From assembly GCA_002269645.1 (NCBI GenBank), contig NIVC01001059.1:248001-312000 (forward strand): DNA of 64,000 bases, written 5' to 3'. The DNA comes from Macrostomum lignano (taxonomy: Eukaryota). This document shows, piece by piece, positions 44,485 through 57,525 of this stretch. The translations under genes were made by a program, and so were the position numbers. The stretch's first letter is position 1; each line of letters begins with the position of its first letter. The notes beneath the pieces were generated by a model, which saw nothing but the letters and a program-made list of their open reading frames with translations, did no database searches and was not told the origin of the DNA.

Positions 44485-44721
44485 TTAGACAAGTAACACG
44501 CAGGGCAATATACAATATTCTTACAAAAAATTAAATAATGATTTTAAGATCATAATACATAGACTCAGAATGTTTGTCGCACTTACTAAACAAGCTGCAT
44601 TATTGCGGCAGAAAGTTGGGACTGCAAAACTGCGAGCAAAAAAACCTGGGCCGCAGCAAAACTGATTCAGCGCCAGTTCACACACAGCACGCAAGAACTC
44701 GCATAGAGCACGGCCTTCGTG

Positions 44722-44728
44722 TTTTATA
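44722..44728 (-). promoter_or_regulatory. Candidate TATA box of the PDSS1/snoRNA host transcript
   Basis: TATAAAA on the minus strand about 140 nt upstream of a GTAAGT donor (44586-44581), with a pyrimidine run about 30 nt downstream. Confidence 0.4.
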
Positions 44729-45031
44729 AGAGTTGGCTGAATAATATGTGGGGTTTGACGGGGCTTGAGTTTGCGGGGTATGGGGGGAGGCCCGCGTGGG
44801 GTGTGCGTACATTGTATGGAAAAAATCGATAACAGTTTAGGCCTTGGGGTGAACGGTGAAGGGGGTACACAGTGAAGGGGGCAATGTCCATATATGGAAA
44901 GAAAGAAGAGCACCATTCCACCAATAGGCAATAAAGACCGACCAACACTATCCTTCCTGGCTTTAGCACACTCATGCAACGCCCCAACCCCAAGCCAGAC
45001 AACTAAAGCTTGGCCTGTCCCGGGTGGCCCC

Positions 45032-46399
45032 CACAGACCATATAGAATATAGATCAGTAAAGTGAAGAAAAAAGTGGGCCATTTTCCCCAATAAGAAACT
45101 GGTCCCTCTCACCCACCCCAGCTCGATCGATATGTGGTACAGGGCGGGCCTCTTTTCCATTGTGCTCCTATTGGACACATGCAATTGAGATACATTTTTT
45201 CTTCTTTTTTACATAAAACGCCATGAAAACCAAATACATAAAAGTAATGAAATTAATTTAAATTACCCCGAAATGTCCTTCAAAGTCCAAGCTTTCAGAT
45301 TGAAAAAAATTGCTGTGCGCAGCAGCTTCTGTCTCCTTCCTGCCTTTCTTAATAAGTGCGACATGTCTTTCGCAATTTTCTTCATGCGAATTCTGATGTT
45401 AAAATGCCCATAACTTTCTTGACTCAATACCTGTGCTACAGCTGCAGCTTGTGTGACTCAATACCTGTGCTAACAGCTGCTGAATGCGAATCCAATTCAG
45501 AGAATAGCGGTTGAAATTCAAAGTGAAATTCAAATTCAAAGTCTCTTGAACAGCGATTGAGCTTGAAAATCAGCTATCAAAGCTGGAGCGGCGAATAATC
45601 GTTTCGGTGTTCAGCAGAATACGTATAGTTAGTTCTTGGAATGCTTGGACGCAGAATCCTGGAAGGCATCGTACACACTTAAGATCCATTTCTGTAAAGA
45701 AGATGGATGCACGGAAGCTGGAAAAAGTTTCTCACGTATTTGTATGCCTTAGGACTATAATAGTGCAACGTGGAAGCAAATCGCCGAACTTCAGGAGGAA
45801 ATTTTTTATCCTCTTGTTTTTAGTTGGCACTAGACAGCTCAACAATGAATTTGATGACAGAACCTGCAGACGGGATGCTGCAGCTTCATCCACAATATTC
45901 TTTGCCTACAGCACTTTCACAATTTCTGTCAGTGACTTTGACCGCGCCCTTAGTCGCTGGTGCTTCTTGTTCAGCTCCCTGAGCACAGCAATAGTTGCCC
46001 AATAGTTGCCACACTTTCTGGCGCTTTTCTCTTTTTTGATACACTATAGAAGCTGGCTGGGGCTTCATGGATAAGAATGCTTTAATTGGTTTTTTGCTGG
46101 ATATTTTTGAAAGGAAATTCTAATTCATATCAAATTCAATTTCAATTCAATTCAATTTCAATTCAATTCAATCAATTCAATTCAAATCTAATTTACATTT
46201 ATTTTGCCTCCCTGGGGTTTTAAACTCTTTATAATAAGTAAATTTTAAGCTTGAAAACTTGCACTTGCCTATTTTTTGTCCCACATATCGATCGAAGTTG
46301 GGGCTTTGTGGAAGGACCATTTTTTGTGTTGCTTTTTTGTCCCACAACGCGCCTGGGCAAGCCCCCGAGATTCGCAGTCTATATTCTATATGGTCTGTG
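45032..46399 (-). mobile_element. Internally deleted P-element/THAP9-like DNA transposon, 1368 bp
   Basis: Perfect 22-bp TIR CACAGACCATATAGAATATAGA and perfect 8-bp TSD GTGGCCCC. Decayed transposase pieces PPEVRRFASTLHYYSPKAYKYVRNFFQLP (~45810-45700) and IRIRMKKIAK..RRQKLLRTAIFF (~45410-45295). Confidence 0.88.
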
Positions 46400-46779
46400 G
46401 TGGCCCCTAGGGAATACAAAATTCCGCTTTGGCAATCCTAGGTTTGAAAAAGTTTTTTTTTCCCAGGACCCCGGGGAAAAAGCTGAAAATTCTCTGTCTC
46501 CCCCACATTTTAAAAGTCCAGGGAATTGGCTCTACCTTTGATGGTGCAATTTTGGGTTACAAAGTCATCTAATTTGATTATAAATGCACACTATATTTTA
46601 CATATGGAGTGTGACAATTGTACAGGCTAGTAACAATAGATATGCTTTTTTACTCATGTATAAGCTCATCAAAATTGGAACATCAAGCACACTTGATTGC
46701 GATGTAAATTGGGGAATGATAGGCTCTTACAGAGCTATGGCCTGACCCGAGGTACTGATACCAGGGTAGAAGGAAGGGG

Positions 46780-46930
46780 ATCAGGCCTCACCCTCCTGAG
46801 GCACCCGCCCTAGATGTAAAATAATTGGTAGCTTGGGTTGTGGGCGGTCCGATGGCAAGGTCAAGGTCCCACTGTTCTAATCTCAACTACAACCAAGGAG
46901 TTTTGAAGGTAGGGACTGCTTAAAGTAGGT
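46780..46930 (+). repeat. Diverged dispersed repeat (second copy at ~49225-49375)
   Basis: Shared blocks AAGGTCCCACTGTT..AATC.CAACT..A.CCAAGGA.TTTTGAA...GGACT.CTTAAAGTAG; family unknown. Confidence 0.55.
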
Positions 46931-47484
46931 AAATACCCTTACGTTACGACCTGCTAACAGCTTCTGTTTTGTATCCCTGCAGGCTGGAGCGCTATAGCCT
47001 TCTACGAGTACTTAGTAGACTGCACTGCTTGCTTAGAAGATTAAGAAACCAAAGTAGGACAACTGGGTTATGATTTTCACTCGACAAGTATCTCAGCTGC
47101 AGATACTATACTACACCTTTTCACATTCAATTTTGATCAAAGTCTAGTTCTAAAAGAACTTAGCGGAAATTCAATTCAGACTGAGGATAATTTTGTCTAT
47201 GGCTAAACCTTACTTTGGTTAGAATGTTTTGAGCTGGGGTTAGACTGGGCCCAAGTCTAAATTGTCTGAATTTAATTTCTGCTAGTTTTTTTAGAACTGG
47301 ACTGCTCTAGAATGAATGATTGAATTATTGAAGTGGAATCAGGATCCAGATGGTCAATCCCAGGATTTAGGCCTAATCCCGGGATCCCAGGATTTTATTC
47401 ACTATCCAGCCCAAAACCCTGGGGTCAAAATCCCCGAAATTTTTTCGGGGTCCTCGGGGAGGGCTCCCCATGGTTGACATCCTA

Positions 47485-47645
47485 GACAGACAGACAGACA
47501 GACAGGAGACAGGATGGCAGACAGACAGGAGACAAGATGGCAGACAGACAAGAGACATGATAGCAGACAAACAGGAGACAGGATGGCAGACAGACAGGAG
47601 ACAGGATGGCAGACAGACAAGCAGTTCAGATAGGCAGACAGACAA
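47485..47645 (+). repeat. Degenerate (CAGA)n repeat
   Basis: Direct reading. Confidence 0.9.
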
Positions 47646-47678
47646 CCTGTCACATCACAATTTGGGTGGCATTGCAGC

Positions 47679-48671
47679 TAGGGGTCACAATCCCGGGATC
47701 CCGGGATTCACAAGGTTAGGATTCAATTCTGGAAAGTTAATGCTGTTTTTATAATGTCTGATATCCTTATAAGAAAAAGTTGAAGTCAAAATTTTGGAAG
47801 TGTGTAAGAGTGGCTAAAAATAAACTAAATTGTGCTACATATACATGTATTTTGTTTTGCATAAGCAGTAAATCAAGAGTAAAAAAGTGAGTTTTGGTCA
47901 TACTAAATTTTGTTTTTCTGAATTTTGATTTTGGAAAATTTCAATTACGATTTTAGAAAGTTAGCAGAGTTTGATTTTGACAGTAGAATGATTTCTAATA
48001 ATCCGAAAGCATGGTAAAATAATTTGACTTTTTTTCTAAAGCGCGTATTTGCAAGTTTCCAACATTTATTTCAATAAGGTCTAATATAATAGCAATTAGC
48101 AAGACAATTAGGTAAAATATAGAACATACATGCATCCATGTCCACTCTCTGCTGCCCACTTTGTAAAATCTTTGATGTTTGAGAGTTCAGTCTTGTTTAA
48201 ATAATTTAACATTGATTTTAAATTTTGAACTCATCGTGCATATTGTGACAACCTTGACAACCTGAATGCCCACTGCCCAGACAGTAGTAGGTTGTGATTG
48301 TGAATGTATATATAGATTCATATTGCTTTGCACAGTGATACATGTACATTACATAATCTAATATATGTTATACATAATATATATTATATATGCATATTAC
48401 AATATTGATATTATAAGTAGTAATATACTACTATAATATTAATTATACTACAAGTATATTAACATCATTGTTATAATGTTATATATTACATTACCAGCCT
48501 AGCATTACTCCTTTAGCTCCTACCATAATTGTAGGTGTTATAAAAATGTTAGTCGCAGCATTTTTATGACACTATAACAATTTTATAACAAGGATGGTAC
48601 TGGAAAATATTGATCTTGGGATTAATCCTGGGATCCCAGGATTGACAGAATATGGGATTTTGTGACCCCTA
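47679..48671. mobile_element. hAT-like non-autonomous element, 993 bp
   Basis: TIR TAGGGGTCACAA / TTGTGACCCCTA; 8-bp TSD ATTGCAGC / AGTGCAGC (1 mismatch); subterminal GGGATCCC motifs like those in the 5390 MITE. Confidence 0.8.
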
Positions 48672-50852
48672 AGTGCAGCATTTTTACTTTGTTTATTTTT
48701 CTCTGCCAGTGAGCTTTGCACTCTATATGATATTGTTACAGTACCAGCAATTACACAATCAAAGCATATATAGCAGGGGCCAGGTAGACTGTACTTTTGT
48801 ACCTTAGGGGCCAGATAGAGAACCTAGCGCATGACTGCAGGTCAGAGGGAAAGAGAGGAAGAGAAGAGAAATAGGAGAAAGGTGACATGAGGGAATAAAG
48901 AGAGGTGGGATGAACTCGAAGATAAGAGAAGAAGGGAGAGGAGAGGACAGGAGATAAGAGAGAGAAGAGAGGAGATAAGAAAGCAGGGAGCTAAGAAAAG
49001 ACAATAACCTTGAGCAGGCCAGATTGCTATTGTGAAGGACTTGTAGGCCAGATACAGAGAGGCTTCATGGGCTAAAGTTTGCCAACCCATGATATACACA
49101 GTCAAACTGCTATATATCTGCAACTTTCTTTTGGTTTTGAACTTTAGATAGATACTCTGTTGTATTCAAATTCTTTACTGGGGACTTGTTACTATGTGAC
49201 ACAATAGGAACACAATAGTATCAGACCTCACCTCCCAAGGGCACCTAACATAGATGGAGAATTAGTAGTTTGGGGTTGTATTGTAGTTGTGGTCTGATTC
49301 CAATAATAAGGTCCCACTGTTTTAATCCCAACTGTAGCCAAGGAATTTTGAAATTAAGGACTACTTAAAGTAGTTCTATTACCCCCACTATGATAGGCAA
49401 CTAAAGGGTGCATTGACAGTGCTAACAATGAGGTTTTTTTGCATAAGGGGACTTTTGATCTGCACAAGGTTGAGACCTAATTTTAGCTGGGTTAGAGATA
49501 GAGAAAGTTTACATTTGAGCTTTGAATCAGCCTTTAACCTTAATGGTTAATTAAGAAATCTATTAGTGAGTTCTGAATAAATATTTTAAGAAGTGTTTTT
49601 CTATATTAATTCATTTTCTAAGTGAAGTGAAGTAGTAATGAAGTGCTATGCATACAATATATACTATTGAAAAGCAGAACATTAGAAGGAGAAGAAATAC
49701 AAAGTAGATCTTGAAATATATAAGGGCTGTGACCTAATCCTAGTAATGCTCAGGACTGGAGAGAACATGCATGCAGTACATATACCAGTAGACCATATAC
49801 TGCTCAGGCCAGGATAACAGAAGAATGCTACTATAATAACAGTAGAACACTACCAGAATAACAATAGAATGCTACCTGTAAGAGTTTAATTAATACTTAG
49901 ATCAATACTCAGAATAATTCTCAGACAAATACTCAGACCTATGCTTAGATAAATACTCAGACAAATATTCAGATATATATGCAGACTGATTCGAAGAAAT
50001 TTTCTAAGACTTATTCTAGGATAATAAATTTATAATAGAATAGTCTTGGTGGCAGCTACCAGCATTAGGAAATTAATAGAGAGAAATAAAGCCCTAGCAC
50101 AACTTTGGTAGCATTTTGTGTGATTTAATTAAAGACAAAGGAAGACCCCTACACCAGTATATGTTTCAGAGATAAAATAGATCTATTATTTTATGAGTAG
50201 AAAAAATATGCATAAAATAAAAAGTTGACAAATAATTCTAACCTTCTGTGAGCAAAACTCAGACATGGAAAAGTTGATAGAAAAAAATTAATGGAATACT
50301 TTATAGTTAATGTGATAGTTGACTAAATAGTTAATAGAAAATGATAAAAAGGTTGACAAAAAGTGTGAAAAATTAAATAAAAAAGTTAATGGCCAAAGTT
50401 ATACTTATAACTTTTAGACCACTGCTAAATCATACGCTAAACTTTTATAGACACTAAAGAGAAGTTTTATTTTTTAAATTTAGGTCTAGCAATTGCTTAG
50501 TGGATATAGTTTATTGAAGGCTATAAGTAAAATAAATAAACCCGACTAAACAAATCTAATATATTTAAAAAAATTTAACAAATGCAAGTCTAAAATTTTG
50601 ATTGTTACCCTTTTGACGATTGCCTTTATGACTGTTGCCCTTTTTATTAATACCCTATATTACATGATCTAAAATGTAGTGCTTGCCATACCTAATGCTA
50701 TACACAAGTAAAAATTGAAAAAAGTTTAGCCTGCTAAAGTTGGCTTGTACTAAGAAAGTCAGGCTCTTACAAAAACTTATCAATACCCAAGATCTGCAAT
50801 AGCAATTTTGCTATGATACATTAGATGATTTGCCAAAAACCTTTTGGCTAAA

Positions 50853-51142
50853 CATACATGCACAACAATCGGCCAAGTCAGCCAATCTGGCTGACCAATT
50901 TGGTGGCCAACCAAGGAAAGTTGCAAAAATGCCCACCTGAATAAATTAGTACTAAGTAGATGACAAGGCATTTTGCCTTAATAAGACAGTCATAATTACT
51001 CTTGCCATTTACCCAAAGTTGCATTAATTTTACTTTAGGGTTTCTTTTACATGTAAGTTGCATTTGTGGCCCAAAACTATGTTGCATTTTTGTTAAAACT
51101 AAGTTGCATGGCTGACTGAATTTTGGAGGTTGCGCATGTATG
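50853..51142 (+). mobile_element. MITE family copy A, 290 bp
   Basis: TIR CATACATGC(G/A)CAA; 8-bp TSD TGGCTAAA. Confidence 0.9.
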
Positions 51143-51452
51143 TGGCTAAAAGTCAATTCACCAAATGTCTTTTTGTCAAAAGTCAATTCACCAAATGCCT
51201 TTTTGTCAAAAGTCAATTTACCAAAAACCTGATTGGGAAACTGATATCTAATAATTCAAATTGCAATATTAGCATTTAGCAATACTGCTCATAAGTTTTT
51301 TTCTGGCATCATAGGATGGTACCTATGGTCATTTGCAGGCGCATGACCAAGATGGCCATAGCTTTAAATGTCTAAATAGATAATAATAAGACTAGGTACA
51401 TATATTTAACTCCTTTCCTTTTTTAGCAATTAGGAAAATAGATGTTATAATA

Positions 51453-51750
51453 CATACATGCGCAACAGTTGGCTGAGTCGGCCGATCTAGCCGACCAATT
51501 TGGCAGCCAATCAAGGAAGTCGCAAAAATGCCCACCCAAAAAATACCAAAGTAGTAGTACTAAGTAGCTGATAAGACATTTTGACTTAATAAGACAGTCA
51601 TAGTTACTCTTGCCATTTATCTAAAGTTGCGTTAATTTTGCTTTAGGGTTTTTTTTACATGTAAGGCACATTTTTGGCCAAAAACTACGTTGCATTTTTG
51701 TTAAAACTAAGTTGCATGGCCAACCGAATTTTGGAGTTTGCGCATGTATA
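51453..51750 (+). mobile_element. MITE family copy B, 298 bp
   Basis: Same TIR; 8-bp TSD TTATAATA. Confidence 0.9.
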
Positions 51751-52384
51751 TTATAATAGAATTGTATTATAATCATTCCCTTTGGACTTAGGCCTAGCTT
51801 TTATTGTAGCCTGACCTGTAGGAGCTTACTTATTTATCTACTATGTGAAGCAAGTAACCTAGCACAAAATAAATACCCTATGACATTCATATATTTATCC
51901 TAATTATTTGCATAGCTAGCATTACCATTAGCAATAGTTCTTAATAAACAGATTGTGATAGATTTGATAGATGTGATGATAGAGAATAAATTGGCACAAA
52001 CACTAAAAAGATTAAATGTTTTATATTATAAGTAGGCCTAATTAGTTTCAAATCTATTTTTGTATTAGTATTTATGAATATAATTGATTAAACAAAAATA
52101 ATTTAATATATTATACAAGCTGTTGAAACCCGCGGATTTTGAACCCGGGGAATTCCAATACCCGGAACTACTTTTGCATGCATTCTGAAATCTAAGGCCA
52201 TACACAAACAAAAACTTGTTAATAGTTAGTAGGATAGAGGCAGACATAAAATGGAGCACATTCATGTAAAATTAGGGTTTGAGACATTGTTGGCTGGGGT
52301 ACTGCGCAGAATGTCAGGCAATGTCTGTCTGACTCTAAAACATATATAGCTAAACTCTGGTCTCTCCCTGACTCTCCCTACGTC

Positions 52385-53790
52385 CCTTGGATCCTTTAAA
52401 ATTTCTATCGTCTCTCTGTTTCCTTTCTTCTTTCATCCCTCGTCTCTCGTCTCTCCTCTCTCTTCTCTCCTCTCTTCTTTCGTATCTTCCCTCATCTCTC
52501 TTCTCTTTCATACATGCGCAACTTCCAAAATTCGGTCAGCCGTGCGACTTAGTTTTAACAAAAATGCGACGTAGTTTTTGGCCAAAAATGCGACTTCCAT
52601 GTAAAAAAACCTTAAAATTAAAAATTAACGCAACTTTGGGTAAACGGCAGGAGTAACTATGACTGTCTTATTAACCAAAAATGCCTCGTCAGCTACTTAG
52701 TACTACTACTTGGTGTTTTTCTTGGGTGGCATTTTTGCGACTTCCTTGGTTGGCTGCCAAATTGGTCGGCCGGATCGGCCGACTCGGCCGACTGTTGCGC
52801 ATGTATGTTCTCTTTCATCTCTTGTCTCTTCTTTTCTCTCTCCTCTCTCTCCTCTCCTCTCTCCTCACTCCCTCTCCTCTCTCCTCTCACCCCCTCTTCT
52901 TTCTTATCTTCCTTCTCCTTTCTATTCTTTTCTCTCTTCTCTTAACTCTCTCCTCTAGTCTCTCATCTCTCCCCTCTTCTCTCGTCTCTTCCCTCACCTC
53001 TTTTCTCTCTCGTCTTTGCTCTCTCATCTTTCCTTTCTCTTCTTTTATCTTTTCTCTCTTATTTCTTCTCATTTCTCTCTGCTCCTCTCTCTCTCTCTCT
53101 CTCTCTCTTATCTCTCCTCCTCTCTCTACTCTCTCCCCTCTCCATTCTCCTATTTCCTCTCCTCTCTCCTCACTCACTTCTCTACTTTTGTCTCTTCTCT
53201 CTCCTCTGTTCTCTCTACTCTCCCATCTTTTATCTGTTCACTCTCGTCTCTGCTCTCTCATCCCCCTCTTTAATCTGGCATCTCTGTCTTATGTTCTCTC
53301 ACCTCTCTCCTCTGTACTCTTTTCTTTCCCCTCTTTTGACTCCTCACTTTCCTTTCTCCTTTCTTCTTTTCTCTTCTCTTCCCTTTTCTATACTCTGTCT
53401 CCCTCTCTTCTCTCACTCCACTCTCTTCTATCCGTTATCTCTCATCTCTCATCTCTCCTTCCACCTCTCATCTCTACAACCTTAGAGATGTAGAGATGTA
53501 TCTTTATCTCTTCTCTCTTCCCTGTACTCTCTCATCTCTTCTTTCACCTGTTTCCTCTTTGCTCTCCTCTCTGCTGTCTCCTCTCTCCTCTCATCTGCAG
53601 CTCTCTGCTCTCTCATCTCTACTCTCTACTCTCGCTTTTCCTCTCTCCCCTCTTCTCTCCCTCTCTCTCATCGTCATCACCCCCTCATCTCTCCTATTAT
53701 CTTTTATCTTTTCTTTTATCCCCTCTTTCGCTTCTCTTCTCTTCGAATCGTCTATTCCTTCTTCTTTCCACTCTCATCTGCCCCTCAGCC
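52385..53790 (+). repeat. Degenerate polypyrimidine (CT-rich) tract, about 1.4 kb, interrupted by MITE copy C
   Basis: Direct reading; a shorter GA-rich tract lies at ~48842-49000. Confidence 0.95.
52509..52807 (-). mobile_element. MITE family copy C, 299 bp, inverted relative to A and B
   Basis: Same TIR; 8-bp TSD TTCTCTTT. Confidence 0.9.
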
Positions 53791-54299
53791 ATGAGCTGGA
53801 TTCTTTATCTGGCCTTTGAGGTAAAAGTCTGCCCATCCCTGCTTGGAAAGCCAGTTTGTGAGACGTAGTACTCTCATGGTTGTTATCATGCTTTGATCAT
53901 GTCATTTTTCTTGCAAATTTGCAGCCCTGAAAGGAATTTGGGTATCTTCAGCTCCACTGCAGTCTGCATCAGTCTAACAACCAAGGAAATACGCATTTCT
54001 TAGAAGGCCATTTAAAATTTACACGGTACCTTTAAACAAAACCTAAAATTTCCATGGTGTGCCTAATTTAGTAGGGTTGTATGTATTTCATTGCATCGCA
54101 TCGCCTTTTCATAAATCTTTCGCTTTTACAAACCATGCTGGTTAGTGGATTCCCTCGATTTGCCAATTGCCAATTGCCATCCACTGTTAAACTGCTGCAG
54201 AGTTTGCCAATACAGAGGGAAGGGCAGTGGTTAGAATTTCTCACTAAACTGTCATGGCTAAACGTAGCCTCTCCACTCTGGGGGTGCAAAGAAGGCTAT

Positions 54300-55030
54300 T
54301 AAAAAGTTATTCCAAAACACTGTACATTTGCTATGTACATTCAGTCCTATTGCCTGACCCTTCGTCTGGCTCTGGGGGAATGAGTGAGTGAGTGGCACAA
54401 ACAACAGAAAAAGCAGACAAACTTCACATGCTTACAGTTTCTTTTTCTGTTGAGTTACAGAGTTGAAACTTTACATTTAGATAGAGAATGAGTCAATGAA
54501 GAATTGTGTCAAGTTTGAAGTCAATCGCTTTACGTGGAGCAAACTTATGGCAGCTGAAAGTTAGTCAATTTTGAAACCCTTTTACACATCTGGGCCCAGA
54601 TCGGGAAAGAGAGGCAGGCGGGCGGAGGTTGGGGTGGTTGCTACGCTGAAAAAAGCAGCCTAACTTTAAAAGTGCACAGCGCCGTTCAGGATTACCTTTG
54701 AAACTCGAAAATTTACATGATTGTTCCAAAATAGTTGAAGATTATCTGTGTCAAATTTGAAGATAATCGGTAAAAGTGGAGCGGCGCTATGGAGGATTTA
54801 GTGAAAAAATCGCGCATTTTGAGCAGTTTTTTGTACTTTTAGGTAGGAAGACTTGAGTCTAGGAAATTAAAAGGTAGCCTAAGACATTCTCCGTAGTGAG
54901 TTTAGGGTGGGTGTAAAGTTTGGTGTAATTTGGTTGAGTGGTTTGGGAGTCCATAGCGATCAAAATTGTCCACACACAGACACACACACACACACAGACA
55001 CACAGAGTTTTGATTTTTATAGTTAGAGAT
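54300..55030 (+). mobile_element. Possible Helitron/Helentron-type non-autonomous element
   Basis: Recurrent TGTGTCAA(G/A)TTTGAAG-like motifs and a (CA/CAGA)n tract followed by TTTTATAGTTAGAGAT. Resemblance only; no ends proven. Confidence 0.35.
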
Positions 55031-57525
55031 TGCTAATTAATGATAGATAGAAAGAGAATAGATATAATAAATATTCAATATTGTAGCCATCTTGGTATAT
55101 GGTCATCTTGGTCTTATACCCTTTTGCATAAGGTTATAAATTTGATTTTTTATTAATTGTCATTGCCAAGAATTTTTTATTGATTATCAATTATAAAACA
55201 CTTGTTCCTATTGGTGAAATTCTTTTAATTTTATAAAAAAATATTTGGAAAATAATTTTTGTGTAACAACTACCACATGCTGTATTGTAGTTAAGCTGAT
55301 ATATATTGAAAGATATTTTTCCTTCCTAAAAAGACATTTTTCATATTAATAAGCAATATACTAATAGTAATACAAAATATTATTATTTTCTCCTTTACTC
55401 AACAAATCAATAATGAATTAAGAGTAGCTTACAATGCAATAAAATGAGTAAACTCCTTGTAATTTGTAGGCCTAGGCTACTGTTCTATAAGCCACAATGT
55501 GCATGTATTTTATATTGTGTTACTATGTTACTATTATGTAATAAGTTTTCAATATTTTACTTTTGAAAAATGGTATCCAGAAAGTAGATAACTAATATAA
55601 CTTAGTTCAAAAACCTTAGTAGTAGTCTCAAAGGAATACAATCCACTTCAGTACTCAGCCATTTTGGTCACAGCCACTTTGGTAACAAAGCAGAGCAACA
55701 CTTTATTTTTATGATATTTAGGTTTAGCAATAATTAGTTTAATAATTTTCATCTCAAATATCTTATTGCCACATATGGCTAAACTTTCTAGTTGAACTGC
55801 ATTATAATTCGTTTAAACTTGCGCATTAACTTTGTGAAAAAAAATTGAAGGCAAAGAAAATTAAGCAACCAGTGAGCTCAAGCATACATAGTCATAGAAA
55901 TTGAAAAATTAAATAATGAATGAAAAAGAAAGTAGATTCTATAATTTTAAGTCAGAGATTCTAATGTAAATGATAGGCCTACACAATATTTGGTCAACTA
56001 CAGGATGTCTCGGGTGCATGTATCTGACTCATCTGAAAATTAAAATAGATCGGCTAAAAATGGTTCACTTTTAAACAAGTTAAACAGATGCAGGTACGCA
56101 TGTGTTTTGTCGTTCTTTTTTTCAAGTTTGTTCGCACATTCTTTCAGAGCATATCAATTAATACATCTTTGTATTAACTCAGATCTATATTATATTATTC
56201 TAACTTGCTGTTGTTACCGAAGTGGACTGTTACCAATAATACAATAATACATCTAGAGGTAGTAGAGGGTTCTAGGCGCCTATAACAAATAATAAATAAT
56301 AAAACTTTAATAAGTTAGGCCTAGTATTCTACTATATCAAGTTATTTGTGAAATCTAACGGGCACCCATACCCAAATCTTCGAAGTCAACTTTGAACACA
56401 AAACGTAAAACCGACCGACCGAACGTACGTCCCGTGAAGTGCAAGCCGGGCCAGATTTTGTATAAAAAACAAAAGTATAACAATTTTTTTACTTTATTTT
56501 GTCTACCAAGTTATTGACACAAAACACTAAATTTTCATAAACTATAATTCTTTAGTGCGCATATTTTTCAACACGATTTGTTTAGTCGCCATGCTTTTCG
56601 TCGTCTTAGTATCAAGGAGGACTTAAGTGCAAGGACTACTTGAGTGGTCATTTTTGCCTAGTATATGATTTTCGACTTTGGTTTCGACTTAAGATCTATA
56701 CTGATTGAGCGACTAAGTGAGGTGAGGTCGTCCCAGATCTCGATGGAAGTAATGGGAATGCTTGTTAAAAATGATGGAAAAGAATTCCTCAACTTTTTTA
56801 AGACGACAATAGAACAAACAGCCAATGCTGACAGTTTGCGAACAAAATTTAAAAAATATATATTTCTCCACAGGAATTAATAATGATTGTACCACAGGTG
56901 ATGCCTGTTTAAACTTTAGTAAAAAATAACGCTAAGCAACAGAGCCAGTGCATGGGAATTATAACCTTATTTAGTAATGTATATTAGGAGTATTTTAAGA
57001 CTTAAGAGACAGCATGTCCTACTTGAACTTAAATAATGACTATGATTTTTGTTTAAAAGAGCAATAATATGAAGCACTTATAAAGTAAAATCAGTTAAAA
57101 TCTTACCTAAAAACACTAGACAGACCAGCATTACTTGATAGACGTACAGCTCCGCAAAAATGCGCACAATAACCGATATTCGGGCGCATAAAACTTGATT
57201 TATCTAAATCTACGTATATCTTCAACCTGCTAGGATGAGAGCAGACAGAGAGCGCGGTAGGGTATAGGGATGGGCAAGAGTATTGAGATTAAAACTTTAT
57301 AATAGATCGTAAAAATTAGAAAAATCGATAAACATAATCGACCGATATCAAAACCATCAGTTATTTATTTTTAATTATACTAAATCCTAGATCCTGAAGA
57401 GCATAAAAAGGGCAAAATGAGCTAAGTTGATCATCCATGCAGCAGAGAAAGCGTGATATTGAATACGTAACTTAAATGTATATAAATAAATATTATTCAG
57501 CCTGGGCCCTGGCTGGGATGGCTGC

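Noticed and set aside
52681-53819. Leu/Ser-rich ORFs as membrane proteins
   Set aside because: Translation of the CT-rich tract and a MITE.
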